A stretch of DNA of 55,627 bases, filler included, from Bipalium vagum (Eukaryota): NCBI GenBank assembly GCA_037834085.1. It is 3 parts of 3 records of this genome, joined end to end, with 100 filler letters (N's around TTAATTAATTAA, not from the genome) between each part and the next. Parts side by side here need not be neighbours in the genome. Positions count along the whole stretch, not along the records: positions 39,097 to 55,627 come from JBBMKC010099697.1; 2 more parts are not named here. One strand, given 5' to 3'. Positions 40,190 to 53,500 of this stretch are shown here, piece by piece (the first letter of the stretch is position 1; each line of letters begins with the position of its first letter). The notes beneath the pieces are model-generated. The model ran no database searches. It had not been told where the DNA came from and saw only the letters and a program-made list of their open reading frames with translations. Made by a program: the position numbers and the translations under genes.

Positions 40190-41220
40190 ATAACAATTTT
40201 ATCCAACTCCCTCATAAGCAAAAAAGCCCCATACCATTACTGACCACTTCCATGTTTCAATGTAAGTGAAATATACTGGGTGAACCTTTTCTTCGAACCA
40301 TTTGTCTACGATGACTTCCAAAAAGTTCACATTTTGATTCATCAGTCCACCGATTTCTACTGATCGACTGTCCAATCTTTATGCTTAATATCAAATTCTA
40401 ATCTTTTACTATTATTTTCTCGACGAAGGAGTGGTTTTGTTGCTGCAATACGTCCAAACATACCTTTTCTCGTAGTCGTCATTGAGTGATTGACAGAGAA
40501 ATAGACAAAGATAACCTTTCATTTATTTCAGCTCTGATATCAAAAGCAGATTTGAATCTGTTTGCAGTACTAATTGTTATTATCTTATCACCAGTTCTTT
40601 TTGTTTTTATTTCTGAACAGTTAGATCGATTGCGATTAATATTTTTACCTGTATCTCAGTGACGCATTATTATTTTCGAAATTGCAATTTTTGAAACTTT
40701 CAAAATATTTGTTATTTCCATGTATGATTTTCCTATTTCACTCAAAATAACTATTTGTATTATTTTTCGATTATAATTTCTTTTTGGTTACCCATTACAA
40801 GTATTTTGAGGACAAAATAAGAGATAATTAAAAGTAAAAGTATAATAAATTACTTAACTTAAGCATTGATTATATATGTTATATTAATTTCGAAATATTT
40901 AATATAAACTTAAATTCAAAAATTAGATATTAAAACAAAAGAAATACATATATTAATAGAAAAATTATTAAAAATAGAATAAATCTTGTTGTATAATTTG
41001 TTAAAATTTTATCACAATGATGAATGCCAACAAAATATAGATTTTAAATCAAAATTTAACAGGATATTAACAAAAATATTTTAATTTGTAGCTTCATAAC
41101 ATGGAAACAATAAATGCATTAAAAGGTTTGAGTAAAATAATTTAAATAGGCTATATATATGACATTAATATTGATTTGTCAAGTTTTTGTTAAGGGTTTT
41201 CAAACTTTTGACCAGTAGTG
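40190..41220 (-). mobile_element. 3'-truncated, decayed Tc1 element
   Basis: TIR TA-CACTACTGGTCAAAAGTTTGAAAACCC at the 41220 end. Minus-strand GMFGRIAATKPLLRRENNSKRLEF..HKDWTVDQ, WTDESKCELFGS and KHGSG. Confidence 0.9.
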
Positions 41221-41420
41221 TATAATAAACAATGTGCTTATTGTTAGGGCCAACTGATAAACAGAGGAGATAAGCAATTTCACCTTCATTGTTGGTGGAC
41301 AAAAGGTAGTACACACTTAGACAGCTTTCAGAAAACATTGCATGACAAATTTCTTCATACACAATGAAAAAGAAATTTATCTAAAATTTTATTTGTTTCA
41401 ATTCGTAATCCAAATAATTA

Positions 41421-42345
41421 TAAAGAGTCATCCAACAGTAACGCCTGTATGTTTCTTCTGAATAAAAAGGAAATGTGTTTGAATTTTTTGAAGTTACATT
41501 GAATATAAAAATTATGAACAAATAAGATTATACATGAAACAAAATATCATTCAAATATCCACCACGACTTTTTCTGCCGGCATCAATTAGAGAATCAAAA
41601 GTTTTAATTAAATTTCGACATGTTTCTGGAGTTATTTCATGAACTTCTATGTGATTATTGTTCTTAATATAATTTATTGTTTCTGGACTGTTTGTGTAAA
41701 CGTTACTTTTCAGGAAATCCAACAAAAAGAAATCTAAGAGACTTAAGTAACAAGATATCGAATGCAAATTGATGTCTGCATTTCATGAAATTTCACCATT
41801 ACCAAAACAGTGACTTTCGACCGGTGTAGAGACTTTTATTGAATAACCTGAAGATTCACATCACCTAATATGCGACAATTTTGTTGAATAATGATACCAT
41901 CTATGATGAAATGATTACAAAAGGTACGACGTTGTAAGTGGTCTGTTTCTTTTAATAACTGTGTTAATTGAATTTTATATGGCTTTAAATGCAAATAATT
42001 TTTTCACAATTCTCCAAATATAGTCGTATGATATTCGACGTTCAACAGAACGGCGAGCAATTAATGCTGACGAAGTATTTCCTACGCTTTTGTTCACAAG
42101 AAAAATGATTTCTGTTGAGCGTACAATCATTGTTCTTTATTGGTTTTGCTACAGAAATTTTATTTCCATAATAGATTTTTATGATGAAGATTCTTTGTTG
42201 CATGGTATATAAATTTACTATTGTAATAATCAATATTTTAAAAACTTATTATTATAATAAAAATCTTATCATATTAATTTAAAAGATATGATACATATTT
42301 TTATATATTCTTAACATACAGGGGTCTTAGTTAGATGACCTTTTA
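41421..42345 (-). mobile_element. Decayed Tc1-like (DUF4817-type) element with about 33-bp TIRs
   Basis: TAAAGAGTCATCCAACAGTAACGCCTGTATGTT versus the right-end reverse complement TAAAAGGTCATCTAACTAAGACCCCTGTATGTT. Peptides YTMQQRIFIIKIYY and LSLLDFFLLDFLKSNVYTNSPETI...RGGYLNDILF. Confidence 0.9.
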
Positions 42346-42348
42346 TGG

Positions 42349-42464
42349 TCTGTTGAACCCTAACCTAATCTATTTATAAACAGTGTTTATTACATTATAA
42401 TTGTAAAATTGTTAAAATTTATAATTGTATAATTAGCTTAGAGTTAGGGTTAGGATTCAACAGA
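42349..42464. repeat. 116-bp foldback element with telomere-like (CCCTAA/TTAGGG) inverted repeats
   Basis: TCTGTTGAACCCTAACCTAA (42349-42368) versus TTAGGGTTAGGATTCAACAGA (42444-42464). Confidence 0.75.
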
Positions 42465-43466
42465 TAAATAATAAACATAATAAAGAAGTCTAGTAAAAAA
42501 CCAAAAATTATCAGCGTAAAATCTTCATATCATTGATTTTATAGCTATTTAACAAATCAAAATATTTCAATAGTATAGTAAAACCACCAAAACCAATGTT
42601 GGGCACCACTAGGACCAAAGATTTTTCCCAAATTATAAAGGGTTGGTGAAAAAACGGTCAATATTTAATTTCTATTAACAAAAATATGATTTCTTTAGTG
42701 AAGGACTTCTTTTTGAAATGATATTTTGAAAATTTTTATCCAATACTTGAATTATATCGATTAATGATGGTTCTTTTTCATAAAAAAAATGCTTACATTT
42801 TCTAATGATTAATGAAATATACTTGTACGAATTATTTCATCAGCTTCCTTGACAGATTCATAAACCGACCCTAGCCCCATTTCTTCATCTTATTGGATTT
42901 TTACTTCTTGCAAAGATTTTCAATAAGTGACTGACTATTTTCTGTAATGATAAATATATTATTATAATATACATTATTAAGTTTCAAAAATATCGAAAAT
43001 TAAAATAATAATAAATTACCCAAGTCTGATTACCCTCATCATAATAATGTCCTTCAAAAAAATACAGTTTGATTTTCCTACTAGGCTTAAAAATACTTTG
43101 ATTAGAAGAAAAAAAATTTTAAACTGTTAGTTACTGCTACGTTATCGACAATTTCTGAAGTCATAAAGTCAAGTATAATGTTTATTCGATGAAAATAAAT
43201 GAATAGTTGAATAAGTCTTTTATTTTGTCTTATTATTTATTTAATTAAATTAATTACCTAAAACTTGTATTAACATTAATTTAATTATTTACTATTTTAA
43301 AGGAAACCTTAAATTTAATAAAATTTATTTAGAAGATTTATATTACATTAAGGATTAAATTTTAATATATTACCTAAATATATTTATTTTAAAAATATTT
43401 TTTATTATCTAATATTAATTAAAATTTATTCCTTACAGTAGCTATTTTACGAGCGATATTAATATA

Positions 43467-44380
43467 TTATGTGCAGCAGTTAATTCTGCCGACCTTTTAA
43501 GAAATCAAAACAAATTTTTTTTGAAAAACAAGTAATATGTTTTAATTGACAATGTTTTCATCGTTCTCATGACTTATGAATAACTCGAGAAAAAAGTTTT
43601 ATTCTTTGAACGAGACCCATTCCTCGACCTATTTTTTGATTTCTTCATAATTATTGAATCGTTTATCATAGACACTGTAATAAGATAAAAAAAGTAATCA
43701 GATTGAGCCACATGATGTCGAGAATTTCATACAATAACACTTTATTGTGTTTATCAATCCAATCTGACCGTTTTGCTTCAGAAATTTATGTAATAACAAG
43801 TATCGTCTACTGTTTCATCGATTTTTAATATCTCGTACAAAACCACCCCTTACTGGTCTTATCATGTGCATAGTAAAACTTTCTGCTCATGATTATATTG
43901 TACTTTGTAATATAATTTTTTAGTTGTCCTGGATAAGCCCATGATCCTCTGCTTTGACGGTTATCAAAGTAAACCTATTTTATTCGCCTTTAATTATGTT
44001 ATTCAAAAACCACTTTCTTTGTTATCTTTTCAATAAAATTTCGCAAATAATTTTTCTTTTTTTCGATATTCTTTCAGTTAATTAATATGAAATCCATTTT
44101 CCTATGACTTGAATATTTCCCATTTCATGTAAATGATCACAAATAACATTTTGAAAATCATTTAACTGCTTGGGCAGCTGTTATCGTTTGTCAAGATGGC
44201 TTTCAATTCTGAATCATTAATGTTTTTCGGTACCCTTACAAACTTATGCGATGACTTTGACCTGAAGTTTTTTAAAATTTGAATACTACACGTGTAATTT
44301 TTTTCAATTGTCAGTGTAATAATTTATGTTCGTTGTTAATTTGAAATGCTTAAATATCAAAGTCTTAAAAAGGTTAACTA
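43467..44380 (-). mobile_element. Decayed mauritiana (Mos1)-like mariner
   Basis: Minus-strand PKNINDSELKAIL and HLHEMGNIQVIGKWISY*LTERISKKRKIICEILLKR, then SWAYPGQ and RFNNYEEIK, are colinear with Mos1 transposase as recalled. Confidence 0.85.
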
Positions 44381-44399
44381 AAGAAATCTGATTTTTGGT

Positions 44400-45480
44400 A
44401 TAGATATAAGGTGGTATTTTACATAATACTTTACATTATAGATTATTATTTTATATTTTATTGAAATAATAAAATTTATATAAATGAGCTTAAAGAAATG
44501 ATAATCGGTGAGTGAAAGGTCTGACTAGTATTGTGGTCAAGCAGGATTTTGTTTTCCGATTGATTTAATTTCTGTAAGATCTATTTTGTATATGCGGCCG
44601 AGAACTATCATGGAGAAAAAAAATGGTTTTTTCTTATTGACTAATAAGGAGTGTTATTGACGCAGTTTTCAGCGCATCTTGTAAATTTCATACTAATATT
44701 TTTTCCCGTAATATGTTTGCCTGGGTTTAAGAAACTATGATGAATGAGAACGACCGCAAATCACCAAAGAGTTTCCATCACATTCTTTTAATATAAATTG
44801 GTTTTTGAACAACGTTGTGCAGCTTGATCATGGTCAAACCATGGAGCTGAGAATGCACGTTGTCATACATTGAGGAAAAAAGAATTATTATTCTTGTGCA
44901 AAATGAGCAAAGACACATCTTCAAATCCATGATTTTTATGATTTTCGTTGACTTAAATAGGAATCACTTTTCAAACATTTTTGATTTATCAAACTATCCT
45001 TTCCAAATGGTTCAATTTGTTTTAATAGAAACATTCATTTCTTCTGGAGGTTCTTGAACTGTTGTACGTGGATTGGTGTCCATCAAAGCCTTTAATTTGT
45101 CCTTTTCTATGAGAGTCTTTTACTCACAACCTTCATAATCTTGAAACGTTTCATTTCCGTCGAGAGATATTTTAAACAAGTATTGAAGCATAGGTTTGTT
45201 TGTTGTTCCTTCCTCTAATGCACTGCTGATGTTACGACTGGTTTCCGTTCTTTTTGACTCACTTTATATTCTTATAAAAATTTTAAGTGGCCACAAGGGA
45301 TCTTATTTTCCATAGTAATTTCTATAATTATTAAATATTATTTTAACTTAAATTAAAAAGTAGAAATTAAACAAATATTGATTGAAAATTGATCTTTAAA
45401 ATGATATATTTATGATAAATGCTTTAAAACAAAAGAAAGTTTGTTAAAATAATGTCTAATAAATGACTGACAAATAACGA
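44400..45480 (-). mobile_element. Decayed cecropia (Hsmar1)-like mariner
   Basis: Minus-strand ETSRNISSALEEGTTNK, WFDHDQAAQ, LIHHSFLNPGKHIT, LVNKKKP, LHDSSRPH and DLSLTDYHFFK. Boundaries approximate. Confidence 0.85.
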
Positions 45481-46580
45481 CATTATTTTTTGAACTTAAT
45501 ATTAATCTTATGATGAATTTAGTATCACCGATTTTTTTGTTTTATCAAAGAGCTTGTTGATAACTAAATTTGAAATTAGTTTGTGAATTAATATAATTCC
45601 AAAATAATAAATATAAAATTCACTCTAATATGCATTCATTAAATTATTATGACTGAAAATTCAATAATAATAAAATTTCTTTTAATTCAATTGAAATTAG
45701 CTTCTATCATGATTAATGAATATTTATTGCTCCGGCAAACAAATTTTATTTGATTCCTATAACGTAATTAATTATTAATAAATATTCTTTTATTTCCATT
45801 CAAATGAAAGAATTTATAAAAATAATCTATTTGCAAAGTCAAAATTTTGAAATTATAATATTTACAAATTGGTAATAATTAAATTGGTAATTTTAATTTA
45901 TTGAATTGTTTATTTGACAATATTTTTATTTAATATAAAAATAATCATTAAAAAGTGGAATCATTCTGAAAACTAAAGAAATCTATTTCATTTCATTTAT
46001 TTTAAGTTTTTTTTTTAATTAAAATATTTTACTAAAGTAAATTTTATTTATTATTATAATTAAAAATATATTATAAAATTATTATTATGTAACTAATAAT
46101 AATTTTTAATTTTTTAAAGTTCCATTTTAATAATTTAATAACTTGCTGTACTGAACGTTTTAAGAACTTTTTTATTTTGTTTTTATTTTCAACAATGTAA
46201 TTAGACAATGTAATGTGGCTGTGAAGTGTCAATTTTGTTAAACTGTGAGAATAATTTCGAGATTGAATGTTAATTTGAATACAAGAATTATTGTCAAAAC
46301 AATTATAGGTTTCTAGAAATATGTCAAAGTGCATAATAAAAAATAAAGTAATTTTTAAACACAAAATTATTAATTATTTCCTTTTTATATGTAAAGCTGA
46401 TAAAAACCATATTTTACTGAATTAAACGTTTGCTTATACTATTAAACTGGTTGATCTCAAGGTCCACAACTTTCTCATAATCAAGATTTTTATTATACAC
46501 GATACTTCAACAACCAAGAAATATAGAAAAATATTTGTCCATCAAAATAGGTTTGAAAGACAATATTTGCAATTCATATA

Positions 46581-47748
46581 TTATGTCATTAAGTATGAAA
46601 TGTCGGATTTTTAATCAACATTTTGATTTACAATATAAGAAGCCAAAATTCATATATCTATTCAAAATAATCATTAAAACTATGAACACAGTTCTGCTAT
46701 CTCATTGTTAACTTGCTTATTCCATCAGTGAAAAAGTTTGGTGAGACAGTGACGATGAAATCACAAAAGGCGTTTTTCACAGCTGTTTCTGTTCTGAATA
46801 TTTTTTCTATTAAAAGCTCGGAAGAAATGATAATCAGTTGGCGTAAGGTCTGGTGAATATGGTTAGTGGCAGAGAATTTCCAGTTCTAACTCCAATCTTG
46901 GCTGCTTAATAGCGGCAATTTCAGCTTTATCCTCTAATTTGGTACAGTTTATTTCTGCTGTAATATATTCTCCTGGTTTTGAAAAAGTGTAGTAGATAAT
47001 ACCAGCACTGGACCACCAGGCGAATACCATGATTTCGTTTTGGTGAACATTCGGCATTGTACAGCATTTCAATATTTATCCAACTATTGAAATGATTGCG
47101 ATTATTGAATATAATCAATTTTTCGTCACAATTCACAATATGTTGAAGAAATGGTTTTTTCCGTCGTAACAACAAAGAAAGACAAGCTTGAAAACGATTT
47201 GTTTTCTGATATTTATATTTTTCGTGAGTTATCCATTGGTCAAGCTTTTTGTTAATTTGTTTCAAATGCTCAATTATTGTAGGGATGGACACATTGCATT
47301 TCAAAGCCAATTTCGGATTACTTTGAAATGGATCCTTCTCCACCACATCTTTCAGGTTAACTTAATCCATCTTCGTTTTGGGTTAACATATTTTGACGAC
47401 AGAAATCTCCTGCAAGGAAATTCTGAAACTATTGGTATACCATTCGTTCATTGACGACCTTTTCCCAAACAATAACTCATAATTCGAACAATTTACCTTG
47501 CATTAGTTTCACGACGGAATTCGCATTCAAAAATGACAAGAAATTTTGAAATAACCATTGTTTAGAAAAGTTGCTCTAAGAATAATTTGAATAATAATAA
47601 GAATAAGTTGCCAGTTTATAATATAATCAGATATTTAAATATGCGTCATAAATGTAATTACCTAACAAAAAACAATTTTCGAGTTATTTTTTTTAAAATA
47701 TTAAACTTTGGATTTTGTAAATCCGACATTTCATACTTAATGACCTGA
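46581..47748 (-). mobile_element. Mariner element (cecropia-like) with near-perfect 30-bp TIRs and dead transposase
   Basis: TA-TTATGTCATTAAGTATGAAATGTCGGATTT versus the right-end reverse complement TCAGGTCATTAAGTATGAAATGTCGGATTT, with a TA TSD. Peptides KKLDQWITHE, IVNCDEK, MVFAWWSSAGIIYYTF and YSPDLTPTDYHFFRA. Confidence 0.95.
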
Positions 47749-50462
47749 TATAATATTTATAATAACTTCATAATTGATACCAAGAGTCTTTAATTATAAG
47801 AGCAACCATTCGATATTGTTAATCATAAATCATTAAAATTAAAGATTGAAATCGGCTGAAAATTTTTTGATTGGAAATTAAAGAAATAAACAAAATTTGG
47901 AATAATAAAATAAAAACCTCCTTTGATATTTCTTAAGAAGAGCACCAGTATTTGCAATAAAAATAGATAAAACAGTTAATTTATTTTATTATTAAAAAAA
48001 TAATCAATTTTTTGTTGAGCTCTAATTTATATTTTCATATAAAATGAAATTTTAAATATTTTTATTTTTTTTTAAAATGTTATTGAAAAATTCAAAAACA
48101 ATTTCCATTCACAAAAATGCATTTAGACATACAATACGTTAACTAATACAGTGAACAAAATAATTGTTGGGTTTGCCAAAAGCACAAACCGGAAAAGAAA
48201 TTGGAATTAATAATTATTATTAATAATAAAAATAAAAATAATATTATTAATATTCATTAAAAAAACTTTTGAAAATTTCAAAAAATTACTAAAAGTAATA
48301 TATCAAAATCTCCTCGTATATATGAGATTAATTTAATTTTAAAATAAAGAAATATGTTCCGTTGTGAGGACAATAAATTATATTTTCAATTAAAGTTTGA
48401 CTAACTGTAAAGTTAGATAAAGTTAGAATTAATGAAGGAAATAGTCGGCTCAAAGCGTAGGGATTTGTTATCATAGACCAGTCTCTATGACTATATAAAG
48501 AGACGGATATTCTCAGAAAGCCGCCCAGAATTAAACGAAGATATTCGAGAAATTTGAATTCATTGGCAAGGACAAAGGCTAAGGCGTTCAAGAGGATTAT
48601 TTGGTCCAGTAATTTGATTTCAATTTTTGTTTTTCAATATGATGACGATGTCAATGGATTTACCAAGGGCACCCAGTGTGTTTAGGAATCCCTGGGTGAC
48701 CTAAAAAGCACCTATAGGACAACCCTGGGATCCCTTATCGCTCCTGGTGAGATTATTATAGATTTCATTTTATTTTATTTTCATGATTTTTAATTATTAT
48801 TTGCTTTACATTCTTGTGAAATTTATAATCATAAATGGTTTTAGCGTCATTATTATATTTTTGTTTTTATTCATTTGTGATCATTTGCTATTAAGGAAGG
48901 TTGACTTTTTATTTATTATATTATATATTATATTTTGTTATATTTTCATTCACATTGGATCAGTTGGTTACGTGATTTCTAGACATTTGATTATTTGTGT
49001 AATTTTTGCGTTTTAATAAAGTTTTACTGTGGTCGTTTTGATTCAATTTGTGGTGCGAATAAGTTTTTATTGTTGGAATTTTGATTCAATTGAGTTAAAA
49101 TTTGAAAAAGCTGTAAAAGTAAAGCTAACACAACGTTAGAAAGTGAGGAGTTATTGATTTCGTGCGAAAGTTTCTTATTTCAGTTTAAGGATAATAGTAA
49201 CAAAATTATGAAGATATAAACATTTATTAGAACAAAGAAATGCCTTATTTTTAACAGAGATCCAGTTACAATTTAAATTTTAACTGGAAAAGAAGCTTAA
49301 TTTGTGAGATATTTCTAAAAATGTTTCTTAATTGTTATTTTAATATTTTAAGAAGAATTTTAAAAATAAAATGGAAATTATTGTTTTATTTAACAGACAT
49401 AAATCAAACAAAGAATATCTATAACCCATCTCACAGTTTGACATTTTGAATTTAATTCTTTAATTAATTTTTTTTCGTATTTCTTTTTAATTAAAAATTA
49501 TTATTTTTATTTATTATATAATCATTATTATTATTGAAACCAAATCATTAAAAATTCAGTTTCTTTCTTCTCCTGATTATTAACATTTCAATACAAAAAG
49601 GAATAAAATAGAAAAATATCAAAAGTTTAAAAAATATATATATAAAAACAAAAATTACACAACGAAGAGTAATTTTAGTTAAATTTCCCATGTATGCTAT
49701 TGGTTATATTCATTTATGATCGCTTCAAAATGCGTTTTAATTATATAATTATTTATTAAGGGCAATAGTTTTACTCAGAGTTATCTGCATCAATGGCTGC
49801 ATTTAATACATTGTTTATCTGAACTACTTATACTGTGAACTACTTTCTTAACTCTTACTTCTTTCTATACTATTATTATTTTGTACATAATACTTTCTTA
49901 ATTATTATTTTTTTAGTATTTTAATAGTACTATTTGATTTTTTAAAACATCCAATTTTATAAGCCTAACCTTTTATGTAACGTTTGTTCATAAAATAGTT
50001 TTCTCAGTCCTCTCATTTTTTATTAATCAGAGAAAATATTATTTTATTTATATATTAATGATGACTTATAAGTCTTAATATTTGCTATAAACATTCAAAC
50101 AAAATTAAATCTCCTAATTTTTTTAATGGTTCTTTTTATTAATATTTAAAATTTTTATATAACGAAATAATAAAAACCTGATTTTTTATATTGATGTTTT
50201 TTGTTTTCATGATAGCAAATGTAATTAACAATAAAACTAATTTATCCACATCAATGGAATGATTTTCTCTGATTTCAATATTTCATTCGGAAGGTATTTG
50301 GTCGCTTTCTGTTTTTTGTTTATAAGAGGCAGTGTAATACTATTGAAATAATATAATTATTATTTTTAATTAATAAATAATATTATTCAATTTTATTTAT
50401 AATATTCAATTTTATTTGATGAGTAAGCTAGGTAAACCAAAATATCCCAGCCAAATTATAAT

Positions 50463-51010
50463 AACTTTTGTCGGGTCTGTAAAGATATATTTGATCTCAC
50501 GTTATCTTGTTAAAATATTACACCATATTTATTTCTCAATCCCAGTCGATTTTCTTCGATTGCTGCCCTCAAAATATCGAGTTGGGTGCAGTACTAACAT
50601 GAATCGATTATTTCATTTTGTTTAATCAACTCATAATATGATTCTTTTTCAATCCCACCAAATACACAGCAATACCTTTTTTGGGTGACATTTTTCCATT
50701 ATTGTGGTTAGTAGGTGTTCATGATGGTTTCCCCAGGATCTTTTGCGCTAGATATTATTATATAAAAAACATTTTTCATTCTTTTGAGAACTGAAATTTT
50801 CTGATTTTGGTTGAGCTATGAACTGCATTTTTTCATTTAAATTGTATGGCACTCAAATATTGTAACGAGACACATAACCCATCTTAAGCAAATGAGTTGA
50901 AATAGGCCTTTGAGATCCATTGGTAATAACCGCATTGTCATCCATTGTATAATATGGGTTTTCCTTATTTAGAATTTTAGGGTGCTTTTTACTTTTTTCC
51001 ATGAGTATAG
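50463..51010 (-). mobile_element. Decayed mellifera-like mariner fragment
   Basis: Minus-strand HLLKMGYVSRYNI*VPYNL, RKRSWG, HPKKVLLCIWWD*K, YCTQLDILRAAIEENR and QDNVR. Confidence 0.85.
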
Positions 51011-51029
51011 ATTTTTTAATCATTCAATA

Positions 51030-51745
51030 TTATCATTATTCTACGATTGTTTTACTAAAATGCACAGAAAAGAAATTTCGGAGACATGGTTTTGCGAGTT
51101 CCTATTGACTTCGTCTTCATAAATCGGATCATAGCTATTAATGAGATATGGATCTAGGACTTTGATATACACGCCTACTAACATTCGTCTGAATGTCATT
51201 TCAAAAATGAGCCAAAACAGGAAAGGAAAACCAATCAAAAATTAAATAACTTAATTCTCCGTTTTTTTGTTTGCCTTTTTTTGTTGCCCTATGAACTCCT
51301 TTCAAAGACTCAGACAGTAAACAAGAATTATTACCTTGAAGTTAAGAAACTGCTTAACTGAAAATATTTGTTGTAAGTAGAAAGATTTAAGGAAGAAAAA
51401 TTCGTAGATTCTATACCATAATGCACCATCACACAATGAGTTGGTTGTGCGACAGTTTTTAGATAAAAAAAAACAAATATGATTCAACAAGCTGCACACA
51501 GTCCTGATATGGTTCTAAAAATTAAAATACCACTGCTAAGAAGGCGTTTCCAGTGGACTGATGATTGAAGAAAAATTCACTTAAGCAATTCAGGTAGGTC
51601 CCGTATCATGCCTTTAAATGTTGCATGGATGATTGAGTTAAACGTTGGCATGTGTATCGCTTTAGGTGAGGCTTATTTTGAGCTTGATAAAATAGTCAAA
51701 TTATTTTGTTTTATTTAAAAATTCCGATTACTTTTCTAACAGAAA
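51030..51745 (+). mobile_element. Decayed irritans-like mariner (3' two-thirds)
   Basis: YELLSKTQTVNKNYYLEV, ILYHNAPSHNELVVRQFL, QAAHSPDM, CMDD*VKRWH and EAYFE. Confidence 0.85.
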
Positions 51746-53500
51746 ATAGTCAGATTGAAAAGTTCTTTGAATTCTGTAGATAATAGTTTAATTGAAAGAC
51801 ATCTTGTCAGTGTATATCCAAATAGAAATTTTAGACGAAACCTTATTTTAGTTATTTTTAATGAGTTTTGAGTTAGACGTTAAATAGTACTTTAGTAAAG
51901 TAAAAAATATGCTAATCCCTAAATTTCCTCAGTATAAATCCAATGAGTTTTGCTCTTCATATTTTATAGACAATTATTTTTGTTAATAAACTGAGATATT
52001 AATAAGCAAACTATATATAACCGATTGTCTTTTAACTCAAGGTGACCTTAAAATAAAAATGTTAGTTTATTTAGTAATCACACACCTTTACATGCTTAAT
52101 TATTTGTTTATGGCTGTTTATTTATTACTATTAATAATGTTTTCTAACAAACAGAAATATTACTAATTATATATTCTATTTTCTTTGCTTTAATTAAATC
52201 AGAAATGTAAATATTATTTACCATTATGACGAAAAAGTGCAATTTGATAAATAAACAAAATGATATTTATCAAACCTTTAGAAGAATTTTAAGAATTATT
52301 CCTTTTTGTTTCTATTTATCATATTTAATTAAATATTCAAAATTATCAACTTACTTTTTTAAATATTATATTTGAAAATATTTATTTTAATATTTCCTGA
52401 AAATGATTTATTAATTAAAACAAAATTAAATTTTAAAAACTTTGACATTATTATTGTGATTAAAAAGAGAAGTGTTTTGATGTTCTACAATAATTATAAG
52501 TATTATCTTTAGAAATGGAATTGCACTGAGATTATTATCATATTAAGAGACATTAAATATAGTTCAGAAATAAATCGATAAAATTATCAAACCATTATTA
52601 TTATATTATACTTCATTATATTATAGTACTATACTTTTTATTAAAAACAATTATATATCTCGAAAGAATAAGTTCTATTCGATGATTTCCATCTCAGTCC
52701 GATTTCATATGTACTTCATACATGCACAGATGCATCAAATTTTATTCAATTTTAAATTCATATATTATTTACCATTTTTTGTTTAAACTTATTCATATAT
52801 TTTTATACTGAAATAATTTGCATTTTACACCAACGCTTTGATGTCTTTTTGTTATCGGTTGATATGCTGCCGAGTCTAAAGAGAATATAGTGCGTTGGAC
52901 TATTTTATCGAACAAACCTTCGTCTGTTATTCATATTTTACTGCACTTTTATCTTCAAAACAATTATACTAAGAGTTAAAAACATTACAGAAATGTTCTT
53001 TATATTAAAATGATATAAATTGAGGCAGAATTTTAATTTAGAATTTATTTATTTTATTTTATTTTACTTTTTTTTATTTTATTTATTATATTTTATTTTA
53101 TTTTATTTATTTATATTTTAAGTGTTAATTTAAATATGATAAATATAGTTTTTGAATTATTTTTTCTTGTTTTGTTAAGCTAATTAAATCATTACTCATA
53201 TTAATTATATTTCGTGTAACATATAAATTATTTTATTATATTTATTTTTAATAAAACATTTTTTATTAACTACATTTTGAAATTCATAAATATTTATAAC
53301 TTGTACCGCTTGGTTAAGATCAACATTACGTCAATGTTGAAAGTTAATATTACAAATAAACAAAAATCAGAAAGTCAACATAAAGTTATTTTTGTATTTC
53401 GTAAAATATAATGACAATACAGATAATAATTACAGAAAAATAATGTTTGAAAATAAAAAAATGGGAAAATAGTTTCCCCCGAAATTTTTCGAAAATTATG

